From Nitrosopumilus sp. (lineage in GTDB: Archaea > Thermoproteota > Nitrososphaeria > Nitrososphaerales > Nitrosopumilaceae): 64,000 nt of DNA. The stretch lies in assembly GCA_965205215.1 (NCBI GenBank), contig OZ242041.1:1-64000 (forward strand). The letters run 5' to 3'. Position numbers and translations under genes: made by a program. The notes beneath the pieces were generated by a model, which did no database searches, had not been told where the DNA came from, and saw nothing but the letters and a program-made list of their open reading frames with translations. Below, piece after piece: positions 18,769 through 27,744 of this stretch; the first letter of the stretch is position 1, and each line of letters begins with the position of its first letter.

Positions 18769-19799
18769 CGGCGCAGCGACTCTTTTGCCTTTGCGCATAT
18801 GGCGTCTGCCATCTGGGTGGTCTTTGCATCGCCCCCGATGTCCCACGTTACGGTCCTGCCCTCGTTGACCACCGATTCGGTGGCGGCAAATATGGCGTCG
18901 GCAATGTCCGCCTCGCCGAGATACCTTGCCATCCACGCCCCTGAGCATATGGCCGCGACCGGGTTCACGACGTTCTGGCCCGCAAACTGAGGGGCGCTGC
19001 CGTGGGCCGCCTCGAACATTGCAAAGCGGTCGCCGATGTTTGCAGAGTATATGAGCCCGATTGACCCCACGAGTCCGGATGCCAGCTCGGATACAATGTC
19101 CATGAAGAGGTTCGTGCTGACCAGGACTGCTCCGTTGAACTGGGCAGGGTTGACCACAAGCTGCTGCATTATGTTGTCGATGTAGATCTCGGAGAGCTCC
19201 ATCTCCGTGTTAAGCACTCCCCGCTGCGCCGCGTCCCAGAATATCCCATCAGTCTCCTTTAGGATGTTTCTCTTTGTGATCGCGACGATCTTCTTCATGC
19301 CGTGGTCAGACGCCCACCTGACGGCGGCGTTTATGATGCGCTCGCTGCCCTGCCTCGTTATCTTCCTGATTGCAATGGCCGTATCCTCCGTTATGCGGGC
19401 CTCGATGCCGGTATAGAGCCCCTCTGTCGCCTCCCTAAAGCAGACGCAGTCAAGCCCGGCATCCGGCGAGAGCCGGCTGTACGTCTTGGTGGGCCTGATG
19501 TTTGCATACAGGTCAAACTTCTGCCGCAGCGTGACGGCCACGCTCCTCGGGGCGTCGGGCACCGGTATGGTCGTGGTGGGCCCCTTGAAGCAGGCGTCTG
19601 ACCCCTCCAGTATCCCCATGGTCTCGTCTGGTATGTACGACTTGTCCGTCCTGCCGTTGCGGTCCCACTGCTCCGAGCCGGCCTCGCACATCACAATCTC
19701 CGCCTGGAGGCCGCACTCCCCGACCACCATGAGCATGGCGTCCACCACCTCCGGTCCTATGCCGTCGCCCTTCATCACGGCCGCAGTCTTTGTGCCCAA
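18765..19799 (-). CDS. Isocitrate/isopropylmalate dehydrogenase family protein
   Basis: GDGIGPEV, LRQKFDLYANIRP, REATEGLY, NLFMDIVSE, FEAAHGSAP, TWDIGG. Confidence 0.92.
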   Translation of the reverse strand: MGTKTAAVMKGDGIGPEVVDAMLMVVGECGLQAEIVMCEAGSEQWDRNGRTDKSYIPDETMGILEGSDACFKGPTTTIPVPDAPRSVAVTLRQKFDLYANIRPTKTYSRLSPDAGLDCVCFREATEGLYTGIEARITEDTAIAIRKITRQGSERIINAAVRWASDHGMKKIVAITKRNILKETDGIFWDAAQRGVLNTEMELSEIYIDNIMQQLVVNPAQFNGAVLVSTNLFMDIVSELASGLVGSIGLIYSANIGDRFAMFEAAHGSAPQFAGQNVVNPVAAICSGAWMARYLGEADIADAIFAATESVVNEGRTVTWDIGGDAKTTQMADAICAKAKESLRR

Positions 19800-20189
19800 G
19801 TCATGCTGAGACGGGCGCGATATTATTTAATCCTTTGAGGCGGTGTGGCAAGGCAGTTTGATCCCTCCGCGCGTGCCGGCGACGTGGCGGCCTCGCGAAC
19901 CCCATCCCCCATAGGGCCGAATCCTGTCGTCCCGCTCCGTCATGCGCAAGAAACCCGGCCTTTTTCAGACTAATATGATCAAGCCGAGGCCGCACGGGGG
20001 GTTCGTCTGAAAAGTACAACAAGTCGGCAGGGACAAACATCTCTACCGGTTACCAACGATCATCCAAAAAGCGGCAGGCGGGTCTACAGATCTCCTAAGT
20101 GGATCGATGCACGGCCTCTGGAGGGGGAAGCTAAACTGTTACGGGGGCAAAGTCGACAGAGTTTTTAGCATCCAGTGCGCCTCGTGATC

Positions 20190-20609
20190 ATGGATGCAAG
20201 ATCAGCCGTATTGATATCTATTGCCTGTGTCTTGGCCTTCTCTCTGGCCAATTATGCGGAGGCACGTGGTGGTTCGGCCCCCCCGTTCCTGCAGATATTG
20301 GACGTCTCCGGGAATGGGCTTGAAACCGTATCTGCGGGCCAGCAGATGCAGATCGTGTCGTATTTGTCCAACCCTCAGGATCGCGCGCAGGCGTTCGCCT
20401 ACTTTGTTCAGATCCAGGATCCTGACGGAACCGTCGTGTCCCTAGCGTGGCTCTCGGGCGCCCTGGAGGCGGGACAGGAGATCCGTCCGGCGGTATCGTG
20501 GACGCCAACAGAGGCGGGCACGTACACCGCCACGTCGTTCGTGTGGGAGTCGCTCGACAACCCGACCCCGTTGCTGTATCCTCTGCTGGTCGACATCACT
20601 GTAAGCTAG
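20190..20609 (+). CDS. Small secreted Ig-like protein resembling the C-terminal domain of AOA S-layer proteins
   Basis: Signal peptide, then FAYFVQIQD..G.VVSLAW..G.L..GQ...PAVSWTP...GTYTAT.FVWES.DNP. Confidence 0.7.
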   Translation: MDARSAVLISIACVLAFSLANYAEARGGSAPPFLQILDVSGNGLETVSAGQQMQIVSYLSNPQDRAQAFAYFVQIQDPDGTVVSLAWLSGALEAGQEIRPAVSWTPTEAGTYTATSFVWESLDNPTPLLYPLLVDITVS

Positions 20610-20813
20610 TATACGCAAAAAATGCAAGTTTTTTTGTCGTGACAGCGACCCCAGGCAACCAGTACGCCAAGTATTCCCATTTTTTACCGCCCTCCTACCC
20701 GCTGGCTGCCGACGGCGCCGCCGTCCCGGGTGTCCGCGCGTTGGGTGGCGGCCTGCGCCGTGATCGCCCCATACGGACTATAGTACGTGTTTAATACCAT
20801 CCTTCTGCCAGGT

Positions 20814-21593
20814 ATGATCGTGAAGATTGTCCAGATCTCTGATCTGCATGTAGGCTCCCAGTTCCTTCCAGAAAAGTTCGAGGCGCTGCTCTCTGAGGTC
20901 AACGGCATGCGTCCCGATGTCATTGTTGTTACGGGCGACCTGACAAACGAGGGGCTGGTCAGGGAGTACGAGAAGGCAAGGTCGCTGATCTCAAGGTTTG
21001 ACGCGGGCAAGATAATCGCCATAAGCGGGAACCACGACTACCGCAACACGGGCTACCTGCTCTTCAGAAAGTACTTTCCCTTCCAGTCGGTCAACGAGCT
21101 TGGCGACAACACCGTGCTGATAACGGTGGGCACCGCCCGCCCCGACAGGAACGACGGCGAGGTGGGCTACCGCCAGAACCTGTGGATCGAGCGGACGCTG
21201 CAAAAGTACGCCGGAAAGACAAAGATCGTGGCAATGCACCACCACCTGATAGCCATCCCCGACACGGGATCCGACCAGCTTACGGTGGTGGACGCCGGCG
21301 ACGTGCTGAGGACGATCCTCGAGACCGGAGTAGATCTCGTCCTGTGCGGGCACAAGCACAGGCCCTGGCTGTGGGCCTTTGGAGGGCTGACCGTGGTCAA
21401 CGCGGGCACGGCCACATCCGAGCGCGTCCGCGGGCTGTTCGAGAACACGTACAACATAGTCACGATAAACGATGAGACGGGCAAGGCGGACGTGGACCTC
21501 AAGATGGTGGGGGGCCGCAGGCTGCCGCTCAAAGACATCGTAAGGAACTACGCCCAGTTTCACGAGGAGTACAGCACCACCGCCCCGGCCTGA
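20814..21593 (+). CDS. Metallophosphoesterase (CpdA/Icc-like)
   Basis: SDLH, TGDLT, GNHD, HHH, GHKH; TTTAATA at ~20790 supports ATG 20814. Confidence 0.9.
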   Translation: MIVKIVQISDLHVGSQFLPEKFEALLSEVNGMRPDVIVVTGDLTNEGLVREYEKARSLISRFDAGKIIAISGNHDYRNTGYLLFRKYFPFQSVNELGDNTVLITVGTARPDRNDGEVGYRQNLWIERTLQKYAGKTKIVAMHHHLIAIPDTGSDQLTVVDAGDVLRTILETGVDLVLCGHKHRPWLWAFGGLTVVNAGTATSERVRGLFENTYNIVTINDETGKADVDLKMVGGRRLPLKDIVRNYAQFHEEYSTTAPA

Positions 21594-21680
21594 CTGCCGC
21601 GGCGTGGGGGGCGTAGGCCGGATTGAAAGGCCGCCGCCGACAGAATCAGTTTAATTGTGCGGCTTGGCGCCTTCCTGCGT

Positions 21681-21764
21681 GCGGGGATCGCCTAGCCCGG
21701 TAGGGCGTGGGATTGCTAATCCCATGTTCGAAAGAACTCGGGGGTTCAAATCCCCCTCCCCGCG
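21681..21764 (+). tRNA. tRNA-Ser(GCT), intronless, long variable arm, no encoded CCA
   Basis: Acceptor GCGGGGA/TCCCCGC, anticodon arm TGGGA-TT GCT AA-TCCCA, variable arm GTTC-GAAA-GAAC, T arm GGGGG-TTCAAAT-CCCCC; TTTAATT upstream. Confidence 0.97.
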
Positions 21765-21841
21765 CTCTCATACCTAGCTCCCGAATTGGAGGCAGAACCC
21801 TTGACAAATACTGATGTTTTACATGTGACACACGTGGTGTC

Positions 21842-22048
21842 ATGATGGAAGATATCACGATCACGGTAATCAAGTACACTTGTGAGCAGTGCGGCGGTAC
21901 TTGGACGATCCCGAAAGGCACCAAAACTCCGAGTATATGCCTAGTACAAACATGCCGATCGCCCTATTGGAACAGACAGATCTCCCGTCCCAAGGCCAGC
22001 AAGATAGTAAAATCCGTCCGGGCAGGAACCTACAAACCAGACACATGA
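21842..22048 (+). CDS. Small C4 zinc-finger protein of mobile-element type
   Basis: CEQCGGTW...PSIC....CRSPYWN; TTTTACA and palindrome TGACAC-N5-GTGTCA (21826-21842) upstream. Confidence 0.7.
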   Translation: MMEDITITVIKYTCEQCGGTWTIPKGTKTPSICLVQTCRSPYWNRQISRPKASKIVKSVRAGTYKPDT

Positions 22049-22275
22049 CGACTGGCAGATTTTGCCACGTGCGTCCTTACGTGTAGGGCGCACGGCAAGA
22101 GCGCAGCCCGCGAGGTTGTCCGACTAATATGAAGGACACGTGAATTCATACGTATGGATCAAGACATCCACAGGGCTGACTGCAGCCAATCTTCAAGATA
22201 CAGATCCGTTGCCATGACACAAAATATCAAAATCATGTCATTACGGTTTATATGGCAAAATCGTGAGTTGGTTGC

Positions 22276-22416
22276 ATGGCTTTGAGGGAAGTAAAACCAA
22301 TGGATGACAAGCAGTGGGAGCAGGTAACCAGCCAGTTGAAAGCTGGCCCCACTGAAGAATCGATCAATACCGTGAAAGCTGCCCTAGAGCGTGCCGGTAA
22401 ATTGAAAGAAGCATAG
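22276..22416 (+). CDS. 46-aa putative antitoxin (not in ORF track)
   Basis: MALREVKPMDDKQWEQVTSQLKAGPTEESINTVKAALERAGKLKEA; TTTATATG ~25 bp upstream; ends 14 bp before the GNAT start. Confidence 0.75.
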   Translation: MALREVKPMDDKQWEQVTSQLKAGPTEESINTVKAALERAGKLKEA

Positions 22417-22430
22417 ATTTCACTCTAATC

Positions 22431-22955
22431 ATGACTCCAGACATTGATTTTAGCAGAGACGTTTCTATCGTCATGTTAGATCCAGCCATGTCCATAGATG
22501 CCGAATTCGAATGCAAGGATCCATCATACACGGAATACTATCGCGTCACTGCGTTCAGCGACATGAAGGAGGGAATGGGCCAAACCTGGCTTTGCATGTA
22601 CAAGAAAAAAATGATCGGGTTTGTCACGATCGCGATGGCGCACATGAGGCCAGAAAGGGATGAGCGGCTGCAGGGAAAAGGGTACGGGAACATTCCTGCA
22701 TTGCTGATCGGCCACCTGGCAACCCACAAGGACTATGAAAGGAAGGGAGTAGGAACAAGTCTCATAGCGTGGGCAATCAGGGAAGCCGTGAGCCATTCCA
22801 AAAGAGTCGGATGCAGGGTAGTCATGCTAAACCCGGAAGACGATCCAGAAGTCAGGGGTTTCTATGCCAAGCGGGGGTTTACTTATGTGCCTCAGGATGA
22901 CAAGGAACGGGATGCTTTTTACCTGGACATCCAGACACGGCGCAGCGACGAGTGA
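22431..22955 (+). CDS. GNAT acetyltransferase, AtaT/TacT toxin-like
   Basis: F.C...Y..Y, IGFVTI, IPALLIGHLATHKDYERKGVG, VGCRVV, GFYAKRGF. Confidence 0.82.
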   Translation: MTPDIDFSRDVSIVMLDPAMSIDAEFECKDPSYTEYYRVTAFSDMKEGMGQTWLCMYKKKMIGFVTIAMAHMRPERDERLQGKGYGNIPALLIGHLATHKDYERKGVGTSLIAWAIREAVSHSKRVGCRVVMLNPEDDPEVRGFYAKRGFTYVPQDDKERDAFYLDIQTRRSDE

Positions 22956-23124
22956 TCGGTCATGATCATGGAGCTACAGGTGACGGCTTTGCGTCTTGGC
23001 CTTCCGGCATCCTCTCCTCTGTCTCGTACTCTTCGGCAGTTGTCCCGCCGTTGACGAATTTGGTCTTTGGCAGGCCAAGCGGCGACTGTTGTTGCGGCCG
23101 CTGCACCATGGATGGCGCACTTTT

Positions 23125-23532
23125 CTGCTCCGGCTTGCAATCAAGAGGTCCGGAAGGCCTGCGCCCATACTGTCCGACAACGACTCGGGCGTTGTGGGCC
23201 AGGGCGGCAGAAGGAAGAAGCCGGCAGGAAGGTGGCAGCCGACTGCCTTTGAGGAGGAGCCGCTCGAGATCGGCACCGTCCCGATAAACCCCAGGCCGTA
23301 CCACCCCCAGACGAACGGCAAGCTTGAGAGGCTCCACCGCAGCCCGGAGGATGAGATCTGGAGCTATGGGGGCTTGGAGGCATGCACCGGCCATTACAAC
23401 GAGGCATGGCTGCACTTTTCCCTCGGTATTGACAACTACGAGACTCCCCTGATGGCATTCAGGAACAAGAAGGCAGCCGAAACGATCAGGAAAAAGGACC
23501 CGGGATGGATGGAGAGGGACGTCCATGAATAG
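23125..23532 (+). pseudogene. IS481/IS3-type integrase-core transposase fragment
   Basis: AIKRSGRPAPILSDN and RPYHPQTNGKLERLHRS..YNE...HFSL...TP; N-terminal half missing, motifs eroded. Confidence 0.8.
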
Positions 23533-23931
23533 CGGACCGACTTTTCATATGCTACGCTCGATACCCCGGCATGGCCACGCCACCATCCGGCCTTGGCGAT
23601 CAGATGGCAGATTTTCCCTACATGTATACTTTAGATCCCCCATCTAGGCATGGTCTGCGTTGGTCTGGGTCTAAAATAGTCGGTAAAACCCGTCTCGTCC
23701 CTCCGGAGTCAAACTCACCCCCCACGGTAGGTTTGAATACTTCACACGAATGATTGCAGAAGGCGAATGGGGGCGCTCACAGTATTCCCCCACTCTTACT
23801 TATTTTACAACGCATAGCATTTGTTCGACTCATGCCCTTATCTATCCCCGGGCTAAGTTTGTTTCCATTCATATAGTCACAATCCGAATGGATTCAGGCC
23901 AGCAAATAACGCGTCAAAATAAGTTGTTTGC

Positions 23932-25002
23932 TTATTCTGCTCTCCTTTTACATTCTTTTAAAAAATCTGGCAGGTCAATGTACCATTTGATTTTTTCTTT
24001 TTTGATTTTCGATTCAAAGTGAAAATGTCTTAGATCACCTACATTAGACGGATGTTCGTCGTAAAACTCATTGATAATTTTTTCGTACAGTTTTATTTCC
24101 TTTTCAGATAAGTAGTCTTTAGAATAGCTGTTAGTTGGGATCATTCCGTTCAGATTCCGTTCTATGCATAGGAGGTGATTTTTGACTAGATCGTTCAAGC
24201 ATGTCTGAATGCCACCAATTATTATACGATATCCTTCCAAAACATCTTTTGACAGAGGGATGAGGATTATGTCTTTGAACGGATCCGACCCTTCTAGCAC
24301 AGGTGTATGAGAGTCAAATCTGGAAAGAATCCCGTCGCCTCGTCGCACTTCCGCCCCAGGTATCAGCGGTGCGCCCCCGTGCTTGAATCTTCTAAATGCC
24401 GGATGGTGAGTACTGCCAAATTCGCCTATTTGGACAAACATCCGTCTCAACTCTGCAATATTTTTTTGCATGATCTTCTCAACAAGCGCTCTTTCTTCAT
24501 CCTCAAAACCCAGTCGGCCGGGATTCCCGTACCCAAGAATTCGGCCAATATCCTCAGCAGAGAAAGAGTTTACACTCCTGAAAAATTCCTCAATCATTCT
24601 ACCTACATCGGCTTGGTTTTTATCAGATGGATCCAACAGTTTGTGATACAAGATTTTTCTCCTAAACGATTCCGATAAAACAACAAGATCTTCAATATAC
24701 AGCATGATGCCAGAAATTATATCCATTTGAAACATCGATTTTGCCTTGATTTTTTCTTCATGAGAAAAGTTTTCCAGAAAAAATGTGCCTGCATCTATTT
24801 CGCTTAGGGAGTTCAGGGAAGTTTTGAGTAGCATCCCTCTCATAGGCAGAATGTTTTGAACATAGTTTCGAAGAAGTAAATAGTTTTTTTTGATCTCATC
24901 ACTTCTTTCTACTGCATTTGTATCCTCGTCAATAGTCTCGGGTTCTTCATCCCAAATCCGATCTACAGTATTATCAGTGGAGGTCATATTATCACACACC
25001 AA
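23932..25002 (-). CDS. Hypothetical helical protein, possible HEPN-like nuclease
   Basis: 356-aa ORF in AT-rich DNA, so likely real; FRRFKHG motif; function inferred only. Confidence 0.65.
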   Translation of the reverse strand: MVCDNMTSTDNTVDRIWDEEPETIDEDTNAVERSDEIKKNYLLLRNYVQNILPMRGMLLKTSLNSLSEIDAGTFFLENFSHEEKIKAKSMFQMDIISGIMLYIEDLVVLSESFRRKILYHKLLDPSDKNQADVGRMIEEFFRSVNSFSAEDIGRILGYGNPGRLGFEDEERALVEKIMQKNIAELRRMFVQIGEFGSTHHPAFRRFKHGGAPLIPGAEVRRGDGILSRFDSHTPVLEGSDPFKDIILIPLSKDVLEGYRIIIGGIQTCLNDLVKNHLLCIERNLNGMIPTNSYSKDYLSEKEIKLYEKIINEFYDEHPSNVGDLRHFHFESKIKKEKIKWYIDLPDFLKECKRRAE

Positions 25003-25168
25003 TTAAAAAGAAGATTTTGCATATGATATATCATCCGGTTGCAAAATATCAGAGTCGGCTCCCTGTTTCTGTAACGAGTGTGAGAATTTGTCACTAGATC
25101 AAAATGCCGTAAACATGTCGCACACTGACAAAACGGAGTTATGCCAAAGTTGACGTGCACGTTCAGAG

Positions 25169-25714
25169 TCATGCAGTATAGGCCTCCTTCACATTCATTC
25201 TTGGCATATAATCAGAGAGCTCGTCAAAATCATTATCAAAGGTGGCAATTTGACTACAATTCATTCGTTTTGCCAACACCGCATGCAATGTATCAGCAGG
25301 AGACAATCCATCATGGATAACTCCACGTTTGGAGTGGGCTTGTACAGTCCCCGGATATTTTTTTATCAGACTTGTTGCTTCGATTGATACGGCACCAAAA
25401 TTCATACTGACACCAGAATCGACTTCTTTTGCGGTCCCAGAGACAATCATAAAATTCTCATTGAGTTCATAAATTGCATGTAGCGCCAGATCAACCTTGT
25501 TTTTCCAATATGCCACATCGGTTTTATTGCGAGTCACGAGAATATTTCGTATTCCCTTGATCATTTCGTTTAGAGCAAAGTTAGAAATTATTCCGAGATA
25601 TTTCCGGCCAGATTCTATGTCTTTTATAAAATCAGTACATGGTTTGGCAGTGGCAGTACGTGACGGTAGCAACCAATAAAGCAAAACATTAGTGTCAATA
25701 TAGATTCGTTCCAA
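25169..25714 (-). CDS. PIN-domain (VapC-like) ribonuclease
   Basis: IYIDTNVL, NEM, DTLH, IATFDNDF; TTG at 25714 lies 1 bp after the upstream stop (ORF extends to 25741). Confidence 0.85.
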   Translation of the reverse strand: MERIYIDTNVLLYWLLPSRTATAKPCTDFIKDIESGRKYLGIISNFALNEMIKGIRNILVTRNKTDVAYWKNKVDLALHAIYELNENFMIVSGTAKEVDSGVSMNFGAVSIEATSLIKKYPGTVQAHSKRGVIHDGLSPADTLHAVLAKRMNCSQIATFDNDFDELSDYMPRMNVKEAYTA

Positions 25715-25715
25715 C

Positions 25716-26021
25716 TTACTGATCCAATTGTGCAATGCCAATTTCCATGGCTTCGTCAGTCAGATCTACGTCGCGGCCCAGCATGCCAGATGCCCTCTCT
25801 GCGGTACCAGATTTCGGCGTAGGCATAGGAGCATCTTCAAAAAACATTCTCCAGAATAACTCCTTGGCAGAGATGTCGCTTTGGTCGTTGCTTTCATTCT
25901 CGTCAATACCAGAAGCTTCTAATGTATAGTCTATGGCAAGTTTATCAGATGGGCCAATCAGAATTCTAGAAACATAAATACCCACTGTGGAAAGTCCTTC
26001 TTCATACTTCAATGAAGACAT
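25716..26021 (-). CDS. Acidic 101-aa putative antitoxin
   Basis: Directly upstream of and coupled to the PIN gene; TTTAAA at 26045-26050. Confidence 0.65.
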   Translation of the reverse strand: MSSLKYEEGLSTVGIYVSRILIGPSDKLAIDYTLEASGIDENESNDQSDISAKELFWRMFFEDAPMPTPKSGTAERASGMLGRDVDLTDEAMEIGIAQLDQ

Positions 26022-26270
26022 GTATTGGATATAACATACTCAAATTTAAATCGCGTCACTAGATCAGTTGTAACTCCCGATTTTGCGATTCTTCCTTCCC
26101 TTGCACGACCTCTCGAGCTCTTCCCGTTTAGCACGGTTCATGCCTTGCCTGCAAGAGATCTGATTCACATACTTTGTTTGGACAGTTACGTGTTCACGAA
26201 CTTTGGCTTTTTAATACAGCTATACGGTCTAATATTATCGAGGTTCGTGCACTTGATTCATACAATGATC

Positions 26271-27525
26271 CGGCGCTGTCCAACTTTTCACCGCCAAAGT
26301 CACGAAAAGCTTAAAGATCATGACGCACCCGGATGGCAAAGCTTATTGATCATATTGTAGCCGCCACGCCAATGGCTTCCAAAAGAAGCAGGAAGGACGG
26401 CAAGAAAAGACAGGATGCCCATGTGCGGGCATGCAAGGCGGAGCGGCGAAGGCAGAAGATCAAGGAGTGCCGCGACTACAAGACGTACGAGAGGAGGCGA
26501 AAAGGCGGGGGCAGGGTGAAGAGGATTAGGATTAAACAGCTAACGAAACTGATCCGCGACGCCCTTCGAACGCCACCGATACGAACGTTTCCAGGATCGT
26601 GTGTGTTGGTGTGGACATGACATACCGCGGCCACTCGTACCGCAGACACGTCGAGTACCCGGATGAGCATTCAGGCTCCGTAGGCATGTACGGGCTAAAA
26701 AGAGTTCCCTTGAAATCCGGCCTCCACGGCTGGGCATCGGAGCTTGCAGGCGACATGGAGTTCGTGCTGGACCTTCTAGCCGGACAGGCCGGGGACTGCG
26801 CGCGCGGCACCCTGTTGGGCGACTCGTCGGGGTTCTCCATAGTCAAATATGAGGACTGGGAGGACGCCGGGCGCGGGATCATATCCGGGCGCGAGTTCAA
26901 CAAGCTGCACATACTGGTCGCGCCGCACGGCAGGATCGCGGCGTGCGCGGTAACCGCGGGGCGGAGGCACGACTCGCCTGTATTCCGCGAGATGTACGGG
27001 CGCATACCGCGTGGAGGCGGCCACGCCATACTGGACGCCGCGTACCTGCGCAGGGCAAACTGCGCGCAGATTGCGCGCAGCGAACGCAAGCCGGTCATAT
27101 GCCCAGAGAGGAACTCCCGGGCAAGGGGGCTGCATCCGATGGGCCGGATGCTCAAGTGGTACGAGGACGACCGCGACGGGTTTGGCAGGGCATGCCACCA
27201 GCGGAGCCCGGTCGAGGCCGCGTCCTCCGTCATCAAGGAGAGGTTTGGCGCCGTCGCGCGCGCAAAGACGTTCCGCATGAGGCAGCTGCAGCTCGCGCTA
27301 AAGTGCGTCTGCTGCAATCTCGTCGCCTGATTCCGCATCAGCCTACAGGGGGGCAGCGTACCCCCCAGCGTACGCTGTAGACGAGCTCTCCACGCGCGTC
27401 CAGGACCCGGAGATCTGCCGCCGGACACGCCGCAATTGTGGCAGAGACGGATCCGTCCACTGCGCCAAAGCCTGTCTAAATGTCCATAAAATCGGGGCGT
27501 GACTTGCAAGGGTTGGACGGCGCCG
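26271..27525 (+). mobile_element. IS5-family element with candidate terminal inverted repeats
   Basis: CGGCGCTGTCCAAC (26271-26284) vs GTTGGACGGCGCCG (27512-27525), 13/14 match; no clear target duplication. Confidence 0.6.
26372..27330 (+). pseudogene. Frameshifted IS5-family (DDE_Tnp_1-like) transposase
   Basis: Basic N-terminus in one frame; GDSSGF, KLH, HDSP, LDAAY, RSPVE..S.IK..FG in another; break near 26570-26620. Confidence 0.82.
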
Positions 27526-27744
27526 CTACGTGTGGCGTACGGCCCCAACCCGGCGATTGTCCCCGGGTCCTCGCGCTCTAGCCCGCGGCACACCTCCCCG
27601 CGGTGCCGGATGGCGTCCCCGCCACCTGCGAGTCCGCTTGGCTCCCGTGTCGCGGCGCGCGCGAAATCATGAAGCGCGGTTCGTTCGAAAAGCAGGCCGC
27701 GAACGGGCCAACGGTTCCCGCATCGGTGCGGTGGCGGTGTTCTG

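Larger units (their letters stand above)
21765..27600. mobile_element. tRNA-Ser-adjacent genomic island (decayed)
   Basis: Abrupt shift to AT-richer sequence right after the tRNA; TA-like pairs and two IS remnants; no integrase seen; right boundary approximate. Confidence 0.65.

Noticed and set aside
19850-20170. RNase P or SRP RNA in this intergenic gap
   Set aside because: Could not find the P4 (GAGGAA..UCC / ACAGAA..GGCU) or SRP helix 8 motifs on either strand
26025-26360. Short ORFs in the island (26025-26360, 24984-25172, 23571-23753, 23750-24022)
   Set aside because: No motifs; they overlap promoters, IS ends or real genes
27593-27602. CCTCCCCGCG identical to the tRNA-Ser 3' end (21755-21764) as attR
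   Set aside because: Only 10 bp in GC-rich DNA and no integrase; position is suggestive but not enough to call
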